A stretch of 64,000 bases of DNA, taken from the IMG/VR virus record IMGVR_UViG_2744054962_000001; one strand, written 5' to 3'. Made by a program: the position numbers and the translations under genes. This stretch comes from a virus. Lineage: Duplodnaviria; Heunggongvirae; Uroviricota; Caudoviricetes. Below the pieces are notes generated by a model. It saw only the letters and a list, made by a program, of their open reading frames with translations, made no database searches and had not been told where the DNA came from. How positions within the stretch are numbered: position 1 is the stretch's first letter; each line of letters starts with the position of its first letter. Below, in pieces: positions 10,017 through 19,321 of this stretch.

Positions 10017-10125
10017 AAATGACTTTTAATAACCGAAGGTTAGTTTGAAACCTGGCTATCAACTTCCAGAACCTTTCTTGTGTATTCAGCCTGTATTAAC
10101 TTCTTTTATGCCTTATCTACACTGC

Positions 10126-10157
10126 GATAATTACACCAACAAGAAAACAACATGTTT
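10126..10157 (+). promoter_or_regulatory. Conserved early promoter/operator copy
   Basis: GATAATTACACCAACAAGAAAACAACATGTTT; lies inside track ORF 10045..10458, so the true start is downstream. Confidence 0.6.
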
Positions 10158-10176
10158 ACGCAGTGAGGATATGCTC

Positions 10177-10458
10177 ATGACTGATTTCACCATTACCCCT
10201 AAAGCACAAAATGTATTCCTTGAATCATGGCTGGACTTGCCGGAAACAGAACAGCAAGAAATGGATCATGTGGATTATGACGAGCAGGTAAGCACGCGAT
10301 TCTTCCACTTTGAGGGATGCGTTTACGACATTGCCGACTTCATGCGAGATGACCGCTTCCCTGAATGGCACGCAAGCTATCCACTAAACGCCTTTGCCAT
10401 GCTGATGATCCGTGTGGATGATTCAGGGGATACCATCGACATCGGTCTGCTCCACTAA
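10177..10458 (+). CDS. Hypothetical early protein (93 aa)
   Basis: GAGGA RBS 7 nt before ATG 10177. Confidence 0.5.
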   Translation: MTDFTITPKAQNVFLESWLDLPETEQQEMDHVDYDEQVSTRFFHFEGCVYDIADFMRDDRFPEWHASYPLNAFAMLMIRVDDSGDTIDIGLLH

Positions 10459-10463
10459 AGATT

Positions 10464-10487
10464 AAGGCCACCAATGCTGGTGGCCTT
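10464..10487 (+). terminator. Hairpin, copy 2 of repeated element
   Basis: Perfect palindrome AAGGCCACCAATGCTGGTGGCCTT followed by AAATGAC. Confidence 0.5.
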
Positions 10488-10497
10488 AAATGACCAT

Positions 10498-10572
10498 CCT
10501 GTTTCCCGCAGGCTAAAAACACCAACCTCTTACCTCCAGGCAACCGACAAACCCACCTGTTCCCGTCCGGCT
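10498..10572 (-). repeat. Iteron-like repeats in reverse orientation (CCTGTTTCCCG..)
   Basis: CCTGTTTCCCGCAGGC and CCTGTTCCCGTCCGGC contain the reverse complement of the GGGAAAC core; CAGGCTACCG-type motifs shared with 6893-6960. Confidence 0.45.
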
Positions 10573-10609
10573 ACCGCAACTTTCCACTTTGACGCCTTAT
10601 TCGTACAAC

Positions 10610-10641
10610 GATAATTAACACCAACAAGAAAACAATATGTT
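10610..10641 (+). promoter_or_regulatory. Conserved early promoter/operator copy (degenerate palindrome)
   Basis: GATAATTAACACCAACAAGAAAACAATATGTT upstream of ATG 10663. Confidence 0.5.
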
Positions 10642-10662
10642 ATTTACGATAAGGAATTAATC

Positions 10663-11145
10663 ATGAATTTTATCGCTACTGTAAACGCACCCGCACATGG
10701 CAATATCGCTGTAACGTTCTCTGACATTGAAAAACGAGTACTTGGTGCATGGCGCGACAATGAGACGGTAGAACTGTCAGCACAAGAAAAATGCATTATT
10801 GCACGCGACATCATTGGCAATCGTCGTTACTCGCGGGTATTTGAGAAAGCGTATGTGGTAAATTCTGGATTCGGAACGTTCGTCTTTCCGGTGCGCTCCG
10901 GGCGATTCTGCCAGTCCAAGCTGATTGAGTTCGCTACGCAGATTTCTGTCTGGATTAAAACTCAATCGTCGTTCAAATTTTCCGACGATGAAGCAGTATC
11001 GCAGGGGATGCGGATCGCCAACAATGCGATTAAATGCAAAAACATTACGTATACCGCTGGCGTTGATACATGGAAACTGTTTTGCGCTAACTTTATGCTG
11101 AATGTATACGCAAGCAACCGCATCCACATCCTTGATGGCGTGTAA
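10663..11145 (+). CDS. Hypothetical protein (160 aa)
   Basis: ORF with AAGGA RBS; followed by hairpin GGGCCAGAAACGGCCC. Confidence 0.55.
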   Translation: MNFIATVNAPAHGNIAVTFSDIEKRVLGAWRDNETVELSAQEKCIIARDIIGNRRYSRVFEKAYVVNSGFGTFVFPVRSGRFCQSKLIEFATQISVWIKTQSSFKFSDDEAVSQGMRIANNAIKCKNITYTAGVDTWKLFCANFMLNVYASNRIHILDGV

Positions 11146-11154
11146 CTGAGAAGA

Positions 11155-11275
11155 GGGCCAGAAACGGCCCTTTCTCTATAGCCACCAGCTGCCTCAGGGA
11201 AATTTTCAGAAACGGCGAGGAACGTATTCATAAGCCGACGGGAAACGGCCAGGATTTTTTCGGGAAACGGCTGCA
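11155..11275 (+). repeat. Second iteron cluster (GAAACGGC core, at least 4 copies)
   Basis: CAGAAACGGCCC, CAGAAACGGCGAGG, GGGAAACGGCCAGG, GGGAAACGGCTGCA. Confidence 0.55.
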
Positions 11276-11724
11276 TTCGCCTTTATGTAGAAAAAACATC
11301 GGGAAGCTGGTGGAATCCAACCAGCGGTTGTCGGACAGGTGAGCGGGGAAAATTATGATGACTTTCGTCACCTGAGACATCCAGATTTCTTTCGTAGCGT
11401 AATCACATACGTGATTAAGTGGTGTGATTATGTGAAAAATCACGCGCACATAATACGCGAGCGGATACAGAACAACACAAAATGCCGATCCGCGCCGACA
11501 AATAAACGCGGATCACATAGCAAGAATAAAAGCCAATGATTAGCCATACACCATAACGCAATATAACGCGATTTAAGCGCGTTAATGCGCTAAGTAATGG
11601 GTATGTACTGGTAAGGATATAAAAGCGCGTCTATGGCGTTATTTTGGCGCTTATTTTTATGTTGTTGGTGTGAGTCAAAGACAATAAAAAACGCGCTAAT
11701 GATGGCGCGTTATGGTGGGAGTAT

Positions 11725-11755
11725 TGGAAACGAAAAAAGCGCCCATAGTGGGCGC
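11725..11755 (-). terminator. Rho-independent terminator (hairpin GCGCCCATAGTGGGCGC, copy 1)
   Basis: 17-bp palindrome at 11739-11755 followed on minus strand by T-run; just after stop of 11762..11992. Confidence 0.65.
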
Positions 11756-11761
11756 TCGATT

Positions 11762-11992
11762 TTATTTATGTAAACTGATTTCAAATCCCATTTCTACAAA
11801 CGCTTTTAACATTAAAAATATATCAGCGTCATTCACGTCTGCTTTTTTTCGCTCCTGGTCGCTCAATAAGTCAATTTTGCGCGTCGTTTCATCTATAAGC
11901 TCGACTGCGCGCCCAGCGTAACCAGCGATCCCAGCGATGCGATTAACAAAATATTCATTGCGCACGTTAACGCCAGCGATAAGAATAAACAT
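11762..11992 (-). CDS. Hypothetical small protein (76 aa) bracketed by identical terminator hairpins
   Basis: AAGGAG RBS 7 nt before ATG; identical 17-bp hairpins on both sides. Confidence 0.55.
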   Translation of the reverse strand: MFILIAGVNVRNEYFVNRIAGIAGYAGRAVELIDETTRKIDLLSDQERKKADVNDADIFLMLKAFVEMGFEISLHK

Positions 11993-12005
11993 GATTAAGC
12001 TCCTT

Positions 12006-12026
12006 AAAAGCGCCCATAGTGGGCGC
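12006..12026 (-). terminator. Rho-independent terminator (hairpin GCGCCCATAGTGGGCGC, copy 2)
   Basis: Identical hairpin at 12010-12026 plus T-run, after stop of 12040..12690. Confidence 0.6.
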
Positions 12027-12039
12027 CAGATTCCATTAA

Positions 12040-12690
12040 TTACGCTTTGAAAGCATCAGCCAGATAGTTATAGAAATCATTTTTAATAAAGCGATATTGC
12101 TGCGTACCAGCTTTTGCGCTTCCCATTCCTTTGACTTTCTCAACAAGTCCAAGACGTTCGCAAAGATTGATAAGCTGGTTGGCTTGAGTGTATCCTGCGT
12201 CTAATTTTATTTCGTTGGCTTTTTTCGCTTCATTCATTAAATCGAAAACAGCTCCATTTGTGAACGTCTCGATCTCGTCGTTAATCATATCGATTAATGC
12301 GAATACACGAGATCCGGACATATCAGCGACGGAATAAACACACTTTCCAGCTTTAATGGATTTAACCAGATAAACCAGTTTTTCCAGAGAATAACTATTA
12401 GTCATTGCATCACGGAAAAATACTTCTGGCGCTTGTTTGCTTGCTTTGATCGCATAGTAGAAAACAGAGCATAATTTTTCGTCTTCTACTGCGTTTACGA
12501 CGTTGTTGATGAAGTAAGCAAGTTTGGTGGTTGCAGCTTGCATATTTGCTTTGTCTGCTTTTGTGTGCGTACCATTTTTATAATGTTCGTTATATGTTTG
12601 AGTTGCCAGATCTGCTTTTTCGCGCAGCTCGTCGGATACAATGGCAGCAGCTTCAATGATGGACTTTTTAGAAATGATAATGTTAGCCAT
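12040..12690 (-). CDS. Hypothetical protein (216 aa), AT-rich island
   Basis: Start moved to ATG 12690 (AAGGA RBS, 8-nt spacer) from track start 12699. Confidence 0.6.
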   Translation of the reverse strand: MANIIISKKSIIEAAAIVSDELREKADLATQTYNEHYKNGTHTKADKANMQAATTKLAYFINNVVNAVEDEKLCSVFYYAIKASKQAPEVFFRDAMTNSYSLEKLVYLVKSIKAGKCVYSVADMSGSRVFALIDMINDEIETFTNGAVFDLMNEAKKANEIKLDAGYTQANQLINLCERLGLVEKVKGMGSAKAGTQQYRFIKNDFYNYLADAFKA

Positions 12691-12985
12691 GATGGACATC
12701 CTTACGAAAAATTAAAATGAATTTATTTTTTACTGTCGTTAGCCAGCTCGCTTTCGACGAGTTCAATTATCAATACGTGAAAAAAGATTGCAAGTGTTTT
12801 TTTTAAATATTCTGCAGGGATGAAAGTCCTAGAAATAAAAGCGAGATCGTCGAAGGTGTTCCCTAAATAAATAATCAATTCGGGCCTTTAACCTTATATA
12901 TTTATACGGGGTGGCATTGAAAGAGTTTTAAATGAATGGCATGTAAAATAATAACCGGACTTAGCCGGTTATTACCCTTATAGAT

Positions 12986-13510
12986 TTAAAATGGAAGGAT
13001 TCGTTCAACCCAATCGAAGAAAACAAGTATTTTTCTGCCGTCTTCTAACTTAAGAGTGACCTGGCAAGCATCAACGCCTCTTGACACCCCTTCTATTTCA
13101 CGACCGTCTGTCATGTAGACCCTTATAGATTGGTCGTTTTGATAAGCCTTGCGACATATCGCAAAAAAGTCACGGCGTGATGGCTGATTGTCAACATAGT
13201 CTGGATGTATTGTTAGCCTACCTTTGAACTCGCGAGCAATGCCATCGATTACACCTGATTCAATTGTGCTAATGCGCTCAAGTGGGAGTCTTATACGATT
13301 TTCTTTATCATATGGAATCGGGCATAAATCTAGCTTATTGCGTGAAGGCATTGTCCCCTGAACGTACATGCAAAACACCTGACCGTCTTCAAGCGTGACT
13401 CTTACAGGAATGTTGTTCTTCCGCCAGAACATAAGTATGTTCTCAGCATGTTCGTAGTCTCGCGGCCAGACTTCAGCCGGTATGCCGTAGGTGATGTCCA
13501 ATGTTCTCAT
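12986..13510 (-). CDS. Hypothetical protein (174 aa), AT-rich island
   Basis: Stop overlaps upstream gene by 4 nt (coupled); no recognised motif. Confidence 0.55.
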   Translation of the reverse strand: MRTLDITYGIPAEVWPRDYEHAENILMFWRKNNIPVRVTLEDGQVFCMYVQGTMPSRNKLDLCPIPYDKENRIRLPLERISTIESGVIDGIAREFKGRLTIHPDYVDNQPSRRDFFAICRKAYQNDQSIRVYMTDGREIEGVSRGVDACQVTLKLEDGRKILVFFDWVERILPF

Positions 13511-14106
13511 TCTGATACTCTTAGAGGTGTTTTCAGCAACCCAAATTTAAATTCTTTGTTACCAACGACAAAGAAGGGAACCTCAACATAGATTTTTTTA
13601 TCGACGGATTTAGAGTTAGCTGTTTTCTGTATGTCACGAACGATACGTTTTGAGATATTTTCATCGATAAACAATACCTTTCCACTTGTATTCCCTTCAG
13701 CCTTGGCGTAAGTAACGATAGGCTCTTCATTGCCAACCCTAATGTTTACTTGGCAACCTGTTGTAGCCATTTCATCACAGTAAAGTGTGCCGTCTTGAAC
13801 TTCTAAAACAATTCCAGATGGCTTCATGGCTTCGTCAGAGCTTACATTAACGTTTTCTGGTACAGCGGTCCCGTTAATTTGCAACCGTAATCTTTCTTTT
13901 CCTCCATTAAGTATTGTTTCTTCTGCGTTGTCTGAGAATCTGAACCAAACTGGCTGATTCAGACCTCGTGATTTGTATTCTACTACGTCTTCGGAGGTAA
14001 ACATGCTGTACGTTTTTTGCATGTCATAGACGAAATCTGATAATGCGTTGGCGGAAAACGCCGGGAGGTATATACAAGCAAGGAGTAACGAAAGTTTCAT
14101 TTTCAT
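13507..14106 (-). CDS. Hypothetical exported protein (signal peptide), AT-rich island
   Basis: Track start 14121 is TTG; ATG 14106 gives MKMKLSLLLACIYLPAFSANA, a signal-peptide-like N-terminus. Confidence 0.5.
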   Translation of the reverse strand: MKMKLSLLLACIYLPAFSANALSDFVYDMQKTYSMFTSEDVVEYKSRGLNQPVWFRFSDNAEETILNGGKERLRLQINGTAVPENVNVSSDEAMKPSGIVLEVQDGTLYCDEMATTGCQVNIRVGNEEPIVTYAKAEGNTSGKVLFIDENISKRIVRDIQKTANSKSVDKKIYVEVPFFVVGNKEFKFGLLKTPLRVSE

Positions 14107-14121
14107 ATCATGATAATCCAA

Positions 14122-14610
14122 TTATTTAACATCACACTTTCTAAGTTTTTCTATTTGTTCTAATTTTTCATGATCATCATTTAGATTTCCTTCGACTATC
14201 TCCGTTTCAAGTTTGCTGATTAGCATGTTAAGTGCGTTGTAGTTATTGCATTTTACTTTGTAGGCGTAGTATGACCTTGTCCCTGGTTTTTGTACACCCA
14301 TATCATTAAAGTTAGAGCTTAAAGTATAACCTTCAAGTTCAACCCCTTTTATTGTAGGAAGAATTATATTTAATGGTTCTAATTTAAATGGGTAGATATA
14401 AATATGTGATATGAAGTACTCTTCTGAAGAGATTTTCTTCATGTCTTTTGTGATTGAAACTGAATATTTACGGTTCCGAGTGATATAAAATTTTGTACAT
14501 TTGTACGGCTCTAAGTTGAATAGATAATATTTTTCTTTAAAAAGAACATCTTTTCCATGTGATATTTTATGTCGTAAAGAGTTAATTATTTTGTTTATAG
14601 AAATACTCAT
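14122..14610 (-). CDS. Hypothetical protein (162 aa), strongly AT-rich
   Basis: K/N/I/Y-rich composition; abuts downstream gene. Confidence 0.5.
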   Translation of the reverse strand: MSISINKIINSLRHKISHGKDVLFKEKYYLFNLEPYKCTKFYITRNRKYSVSITKDMKKISSEEYFISHIYIYPFKLEPLNIILPTIKGVELEGYTLSSNFNDMGVQKPGTRSYYAYKVKCNNYNALNMLISKLETEIVEGNLNDDHEKLEQIEKLRKCDVK

Positions 14611-14720
14611 CTACAGTATCCGACCTTAGTTATCAATTGAAAAGCCTACAAATATCGTTCAGCCAATCAAGAAATTTTTTCAGCCGGAGGTGTGTGCTTC
14701 AAAAAATGTGATGAATGTCA

Positions 14721-14748
14721 CATGCAGGTGCTCTCATACACCTGCATG
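14721..14748 (-). terminator. Hairpin terminator separating two minus-strand operons
   Basis: Perfect palindrome CATGCAGGTG-N8-CACCTGCATG; T-run on minus strand nearby. Confidence 0.5.
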
Positions 14749-14755
14749 TAGACTA

Positions 14756-15322
14756 TTAATCATTCAATAATCTATATTTTCTTTTGATTAAATCTTCACC
14801 TTTTTTGGTGAACACAAAACCAAATTGCGATTTTTTGTTCAGCCTAAGGACTCTGTTATCCAACGCATCGGTTGATGGAATCAATGTTTGATCATCTATC
14901 CAATTTAGTAGCGTAAGAAAGTTCAGCAGCCTCAACGTTGTTGTGCGAAGCTCTTTCGATATATTTTCAATGCTGGCAATTCGTCTTTCTTTTTTCTCAG
15001 GTGGTACAGACAATTGTTCTTGAGGTTTCGTGGATAGATAATCAATTTCGTTTGCAGCATCGAATGATATGTGTGGCGTTATTTTGCTAAAAAAGCCTTT
15101 CGCTGACTCACTTGATAATAAACCAGACCTATTCATATCGTTTGTTATTCTGTACAGGAGTGGACTGTGTTTCATTTCAGGATAACGTTGATAAAAGTTA
15201 AGCAATTCAAAAGCAGCATTAGCGCCAACAAGAAAATCAGAAGGATCGCTGACTTTCCAGAAAGAATGATTTTTCTTAGCGCCAGTGGTGTCAACAAATG
15301 ATAATTCTTTTAACCAACTCAT
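14756..15322 (-). CDS. Hypothetical protein (188 aa)
   Basis: Start moved to ATG 15322 (AAGGAG RBS, 6-nt spacer) from track start 15355. Confidence 0.55.
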   Translation of the reverse strand: MSWLKELSFVDTTGAKKNHSFWKVSDPSDFLVGANAAFELLNFYQRYPEMKHSPLLYRITNDMNRSGLLSSESAKGFFSKITPHISFDAANEIDYLSTKPQEQLSVPPEKKERRIASIENISKELRTTTLRLLNFLTLLNWIDDQTLIPSTDALDNRVLRLNKKSQFGFVFTKKGEDLIKRKYRLLND

Positions 15323-15387
15323 GATGTGCTCCTTTCTAACAAGTGAGCACATCATAGAATTAGTAGATAGGGGGTAAATATGAAATG

Positions 15388-15666
15388 TTACGGCAACCTG
15401 CTCAGTATTTCCTCTAAATCTTTTTTTGTCATATTGGAGTTTTCATAGATGCGCATGATTTTCTCACGCGTCTTAGCGGAAACCCCAACAGCAGATGTGA
15501 CTTTGTCAAATTCAGCCATAGTCATCGTCTCCAGAATGGCATTGATAACTTCAGCTTTAGACATCTTGATTTTTTTCTCTTTGAGTTTTATTTGAAATTT
15601 TCCAAGTTTTTCATTGGCCTTATCAGACAATGCCACTTGGCAATAAGTTGTTTTCTTTTCGCTCAT
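15388..15666 (-). CDS. Hypothetical protein (92 aa)
   Basis: ORF begins 2 nt after helicase stop; K/E-rich. Confidence 0.5.
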   Translation of the reverse strand: MSEKKTTYCQVALSDKANEKLGKFQIKLKEKKIKMSKAEVINAILETMTMAEFDKVTSAVGVSAKTREKIMRIYENSNMTKKDLEEILSRLP

Positions 15667-15668
15667 AA

Positions 15669-17228
15669 CTAATCTCGTTTCAGAACTCCAAAATCGAATG
15701 CGCCATCAATAGGCAATACACCTTCTGCAAAGCCAGGTGTGGTGTCGATGATGTGTTTTCGCTCATAAGAGTGAGACAACAGGTATTTGTTGCTAATGTC
15801 AATGAAATCAGTGATAAAACACACGTTTGCCTGATTCTTCTTGGCTCGTAAGCCACGACCGACACGCTGTCTCATTTCAACTTCTGCTTTCCCACCACCA
15901 GCAAGAATGACCGCACCAACGCTTGGCACATCAACACCAACATCCAGAATAGTCGAGCCTATTAAAACATCTATTTCACCAGACGCTAAACTGTTCAGCT
16001 TTGCTTGCCTTGTCGACTGGTTCGATTCCCCATAAATGAAGTCAACTCTAAGGCCGGACTCTTTCATCATTTCCATCAGGATTTGCCCGTGGCGTTTAAG
16101 ACGAACCAGAGTCATACAATTGAGAGAATGTTGCTTATAGAGCAATGCTTCGCGAACAATGGCCTCATTACGTCCCAAATTATACACGATCCCCAACTGA
16201 TAAGCCTTTTGGTAGGCTGTGCTCATACCTACTCTAAAATTAAGGTGTTTGTTGGCAAGTTCCGCCTTGATTCTGACCTCGTCTGGCTTGTAAGCAACTT
16301 TATGATAAAGGAAGTACGGTTTTGCCAGAATGCCTCGATCAATCAGGTACTTTTCTGTGACTTTAATTTCAATTCGACCGGCCACAGCCATCAGACGCAT
16401 GTTGGCTTCTGTAGAATCCTTCATGAACGGCGTGGCCGTAAGCGCCAGACGATAGTCTGCGTTCACACATAATCTGGCAATGTCATAGAAATTAGAGCCT
16501 GAAGACTCATGCGCTTCTTCCAGAATAAGCAGAGACACACTTGAAAGGAAGCGTTTCACTAGCTCCCGACGTTTGAGGTGGTAGCTCTTTTTATCTGGTG
16601 TTGCATCGCGTGGTGGTTCTTCAAGGAAACTTGCCAGAGTTTGAACTGTAGCGACGTTGATATGTCGTGATACCTGGAACTCACCCGAGCCAATGACTCC
16701 AACCTTTTGGTCTTTTAACCACGGTTCGCCATTTTTGGCGCGGTAGTCGATGGATCTCTGGAAGTTTTCGGCCATTTGAAACATCAGAACAGAGCGGGTT
16801 GTTAAAAATAATGTCATTCGACCGATACGTGCAGCTGCTTTGCAGGCAACATTAGATTTCCCGCCACCAGTAGCGATCTGCGCAATCATCATTCCCTCTC
16901 GAACCAGTGTTTCCACAGTCTGATCCTGATACGCATAATCAGGATTGTATGGGAATGGGTTAACCGCCGGATTTGGTTTTCCAAGCGCCGGGGCTTTGTC
17001 TTTGCGGATATGAACACATTTGATGCCCGCCTTGTTCAAGTTCGCCGCTACAGGCTTGGCAAAGCCTGCAGGGAACGAGTTTTTACTCCAGTTGAACATT
17101 GTGCTTGTGCCCTTCCAGTCGCCAGTCTCGACTTCGTAGCTCAACATCTGTTGCACCAGTTGCTTTACCTTGTCATCTGCGCCAGAAATAAGCGCATTAA
17201 CTGCGTTAGATACAATCCGAACAGTCAT
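15669..17228 (-). CDS. Superfamily 2 (DEAD/DEAH-type) DNA helicase
   Basis: Walker A ATGGGKS, motif II LEEAHE, motif III TATP, motif VI QRVGRGLR. Confidence 0.85.
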   Translation of the reverse strand: MTVRIVSNAVNALISGADDKVKQLVQQMLSYEVETGDWKGTSTMFNWSKNSFPAGFAKPVAANLNKAGIKCVHIRKDKAPALGKPNPAVNPFPYNPDYAYQDQTVETLVREGMMIAQIATGGGKSNVACKAAARIGRMTLFLTTRSVLMFQMAENFQRSIDYRAKNGEPWLKDQKVGVIGSGEFQVSRHINVATVQTLASFLEEPPRDATPDKKSYHLKRRELVKRFLSSVSLLILEEAHESSGSNFYDIARLCVNADYRLALTATPFMKDSTEANMRLMAVAGRIEIKVTEKYLIDRGILAKPYFLYHKVAYKPDEVRIKAELANKHLNFRVGMSTAYQKAYQLGIVYNLGRNEAIVREALLYKQHSLNCMTLVRLKRHGQILMEMMKESGLRVDFIYGESNQSTRQAKLNSLASGEIDVLIGSTILDVGVDVPSVGAVILAGGGKAEVEMRQRVGRGLRAKKNQANVCFITDFIDISNKYLLSHSYERKHIIDTTPGFAEGVLPIDGAFDFGVLKRD

Positions 17229-17270
17229 AAACCTCTTTCCTTAGTGCCTTTTGTATGTTATTTGGCTATT

Positions 17271-17293
17271 ATAATAAGTAAGTGATTACTTAG
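17271..17293. promoter_or_regulatory. ATAAGTA-family motif (palindromic TAAGTAA-GTGA-TTACTTA) in divergent promoter region
   Basis: Between helicase (-) and ParB-like operon (+); member of repeated ATAAGTA motif family. Confidence 0.5.
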
Positions 17294-17310
17294 TGGATTG
17301 TAGCAATAAA

Positions 17311-17991
17311 ATGGATGTAAAAATCACGATTTTGCAGGTTGATGTTGCCAACCTTCGCCCGAATACCTGGAACACCAATTCGGTTGGTGCGCAGAATTTT
17401 GAAAAACTGAAAGGTTCTATCGAAAAATTGGGCTTTTTTAAGCCAATTTTGGCTCGTGAACTTGAAGATGGATTTTTTGAAATCCTCGGCGGCGAACATC
17501 GCTGGCGTGCCGCTATTGAGCAAGGAATTTCAACGGTTCCAGTGCTTTCTGTGGGCAAAATTAGCGATGTCGTAGCTAAACAGATGTCACTGGTGGACAA
17601 CGAGCGATACGGTGAAGACGACCAAATCGCATTGCAACGCTTCATTGAAGAAATTCAGTCAGAACTTGACTATCAACTGTCTGAAATCGCCCCGTATGAC
17701 GACGAAATCTCGATGGTTTTAGCAAAAGAGGCGGCAATCGACCTTGAAGCACTGGAGGCGTTGTCTCGTGGTAGTGATGAGCCTGTCGATACCGACAAAC
17801 GAGAGAAAACCGAACGTGTGGGGGCGGAACATCAGACCATGCGCTTCAAAGTAACTTTCGATGCGTCAGATCGCGTTGCAGAAACCATAAAAAACATCAT
17901 CAAAGAGCAGGCTATTAACACCGGTAATGAAATGGAGAACGCTGGTGAGGCTCTGGTGTGGCTGGTCGACTACTACAAGGAGCGTATGTAA
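17311..17991 (+). CDS. ParB-like nuclease-domain protein 1
   Basis: ParB/Srx-type N-terminal domain (GGEHRWRAA); ATG 17311 preferred over track GTG 17293. Confidence 0.65.
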   Translation: MDVKITILQVDVANLRPNTWNTNSVGAQNFEKLKGSIEKLGFFKPILARELEDGFFEILGGEHRWRAAIEQGISTVPVLSVGKISDVVAKQMSLVDNERYGEDDQIALQRFIEEIQSELDYQLSEIAPYDDEISMVLAKEAAIDLEALEALSRGSDEPVDTDKREKTERVGAEHQTMRFKVTFDASDRVAETIKNIIKEQAINTGNEMENAGEALVWLVDYYKERM

Positions 17992-18659
17992 TGACCAAAA
18001 AGTTTGAAATCGTATATCGCGACCCGGCAGATCTTATTCCCTATGAGATGAATGCCAAAAAGCATGATGAACAGCAGATCCGAGATCTAGCCGCAGCCAT
18101 TAAAAAGCGCGGATTTGACCAGCCAATTACGGTCGATAAGAACGACGTAATTATTACTGGCCACGGCCGCCGTGAGGCTGCAATTTTTGCTGGACTTGAG
18201 CGCGTACCGGTTATTGTTCGCGATGATCTCAGTGATGACGAGGTTCGTGCGAAGCGCCTTGAAGATAACCGACTTGCCAGCATTGATTACGATGCAATTA
18301 AGCTACAGAAAGAGCTTGAGTCGCTTGTTCTGGACGATATCGAGGTTTTCGGCTTTGAAGAGCGTGAGTTGAATGTTCTCGTTGGCAGCATGACAGAAGA
18401 AATGGACACCGACTCGCTAGTTATCGATCTTGGCGAAGAAACTAAACGACAGAAGGATGAACACACCGAGATCAGTCGTGAAGTTGCAGCGGAAGAAGTA
18501 CGTGTTGTCGACGTATTGGGCTTTAAAACGCTTCCTGCTGGCTCTGCCATTGTTGTTGGTGATTTGCTTGCCCACATGGAAGAAATGACGGGAGAAAGCG
18601 GGGTAGACGCATTTGTGGCATATGCGGAGAAGATCTCTTCCGGGGAGATGGCTGCATGA
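17958..18659 (+). CDS. ParB-like nuclease-domain protein 2
   Basis: Second ParB-type N-terminal domain (ITGHGRREAA); overlaps upstream gene by 34 nt; acidic C-terminal half. Confidence 0.6.
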   Translation: MAGRLLQGAYVMTKKFEIVYRDPADLIPYEMNAKKHDEQQIRDLAAAIKKRGFDQPITVDKNDVIITGHGRREAAIFAGLERVPVIVRDDLSDDEVRAKRLEDNRLASIDYDAIKLQKELESLVLDDIEVFGFEERELNVLVGSMTEEMDTDSLVIDLGEETKRQKDEHTEISREVAAEEVRVVDVLGFKTLPAGSAIVVGDLLAHMEEMTGESGVDAFVAYAEKISSGEMAA

Positions 18660-19321
18660 GCAAATACATCATCAACGTATCGTTTCAGACACGCGTAAAT
18701 AAAACCACGCGCACGTTGGAAATCGCTGAGTCGTTCGGGCTTGGCCTGGACGAAAAAGAGTGGACGCTTTACGACAATCTGGAGCTGGAAGTGAAGCAGG
18801 GCGATGTGGTGTACATCACCGGCCAATCCGGTTCCGGCAAATCAGTTGTGCTGCGCGAGTTGCAACGACAGATGAAGGATGAAGGGCTGTCTGTAGCCTC
18901 CATCGATGATTTTACCTTCGATAATGAGGTTAACGTCATCGATCAGTTGGGCAAAACGACCAGCGATGCGCTTGGGTTGTTATCTATGGCTGGTCTGAAC
19001 GATGCATATCTGTTTGTTCGCAAGCCTTCTGAAATGTCAGACGGTCAGAAATATCGTCTCAAGATTGCCAAACTGATTGAGTCAGGCGCTAAAGTGTGGG
19101 CTGCTGACGAGTTCGGTGCTGTTCTAGACCGTGTAACCGCTCAGGTTGTGGCATCTAACCTCCAGCGTGCCGCTCGAAAGGTTGGTGCAACGGTAATGGT
19201 GGCGACGACTCACGAAGACCTGAAGAACGCGCTGCGCCCGGATATGCAGATCACCAAGCACTACAAAGAACGCGTGAAGGTGGAATATCACAATGGTAGT
19301 CATGATGAGGTTCATTTATGA
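18656..19321 (+). CDS. Stand-alone ABC-type ATPase domain protein
   Basis: Walker A GQSGSGKS, signature MSDGQKYRL, Walker B VWAADEF, H-loop TTHEDL; ATGA overlap with neighbours. Confidence 0.75.
   Translation: MSKYIINVSFQTRVNKTTRTLEIAESFGLGLDEKEWTLYDNLELEVKQGDVVYITGQSGSGKSVVLRELQRQMKDEGLSVASIDDFTFDNEVNVIDQLGKTTSDALGLLSMAGLNDAYLFVRKPSEMSDGQKYRLKIAKLIESGAKVWAADEFGAVLDRVTAQVVASNLQRAARKVGATVMVATTHEDLKNALRPDMQITKHYKERVKVEYHNGSHDEVHL

Noticed and set aside
11339-11539. 66-aa plus-strand ORF in the hairpin-rich region
   Set aside because: No RBS; region better explained as iterons and hairpins.
16005-16472. 155-aa plus-strand ORF
   Set aside because: Antisense inside the SF2 helicase gene.
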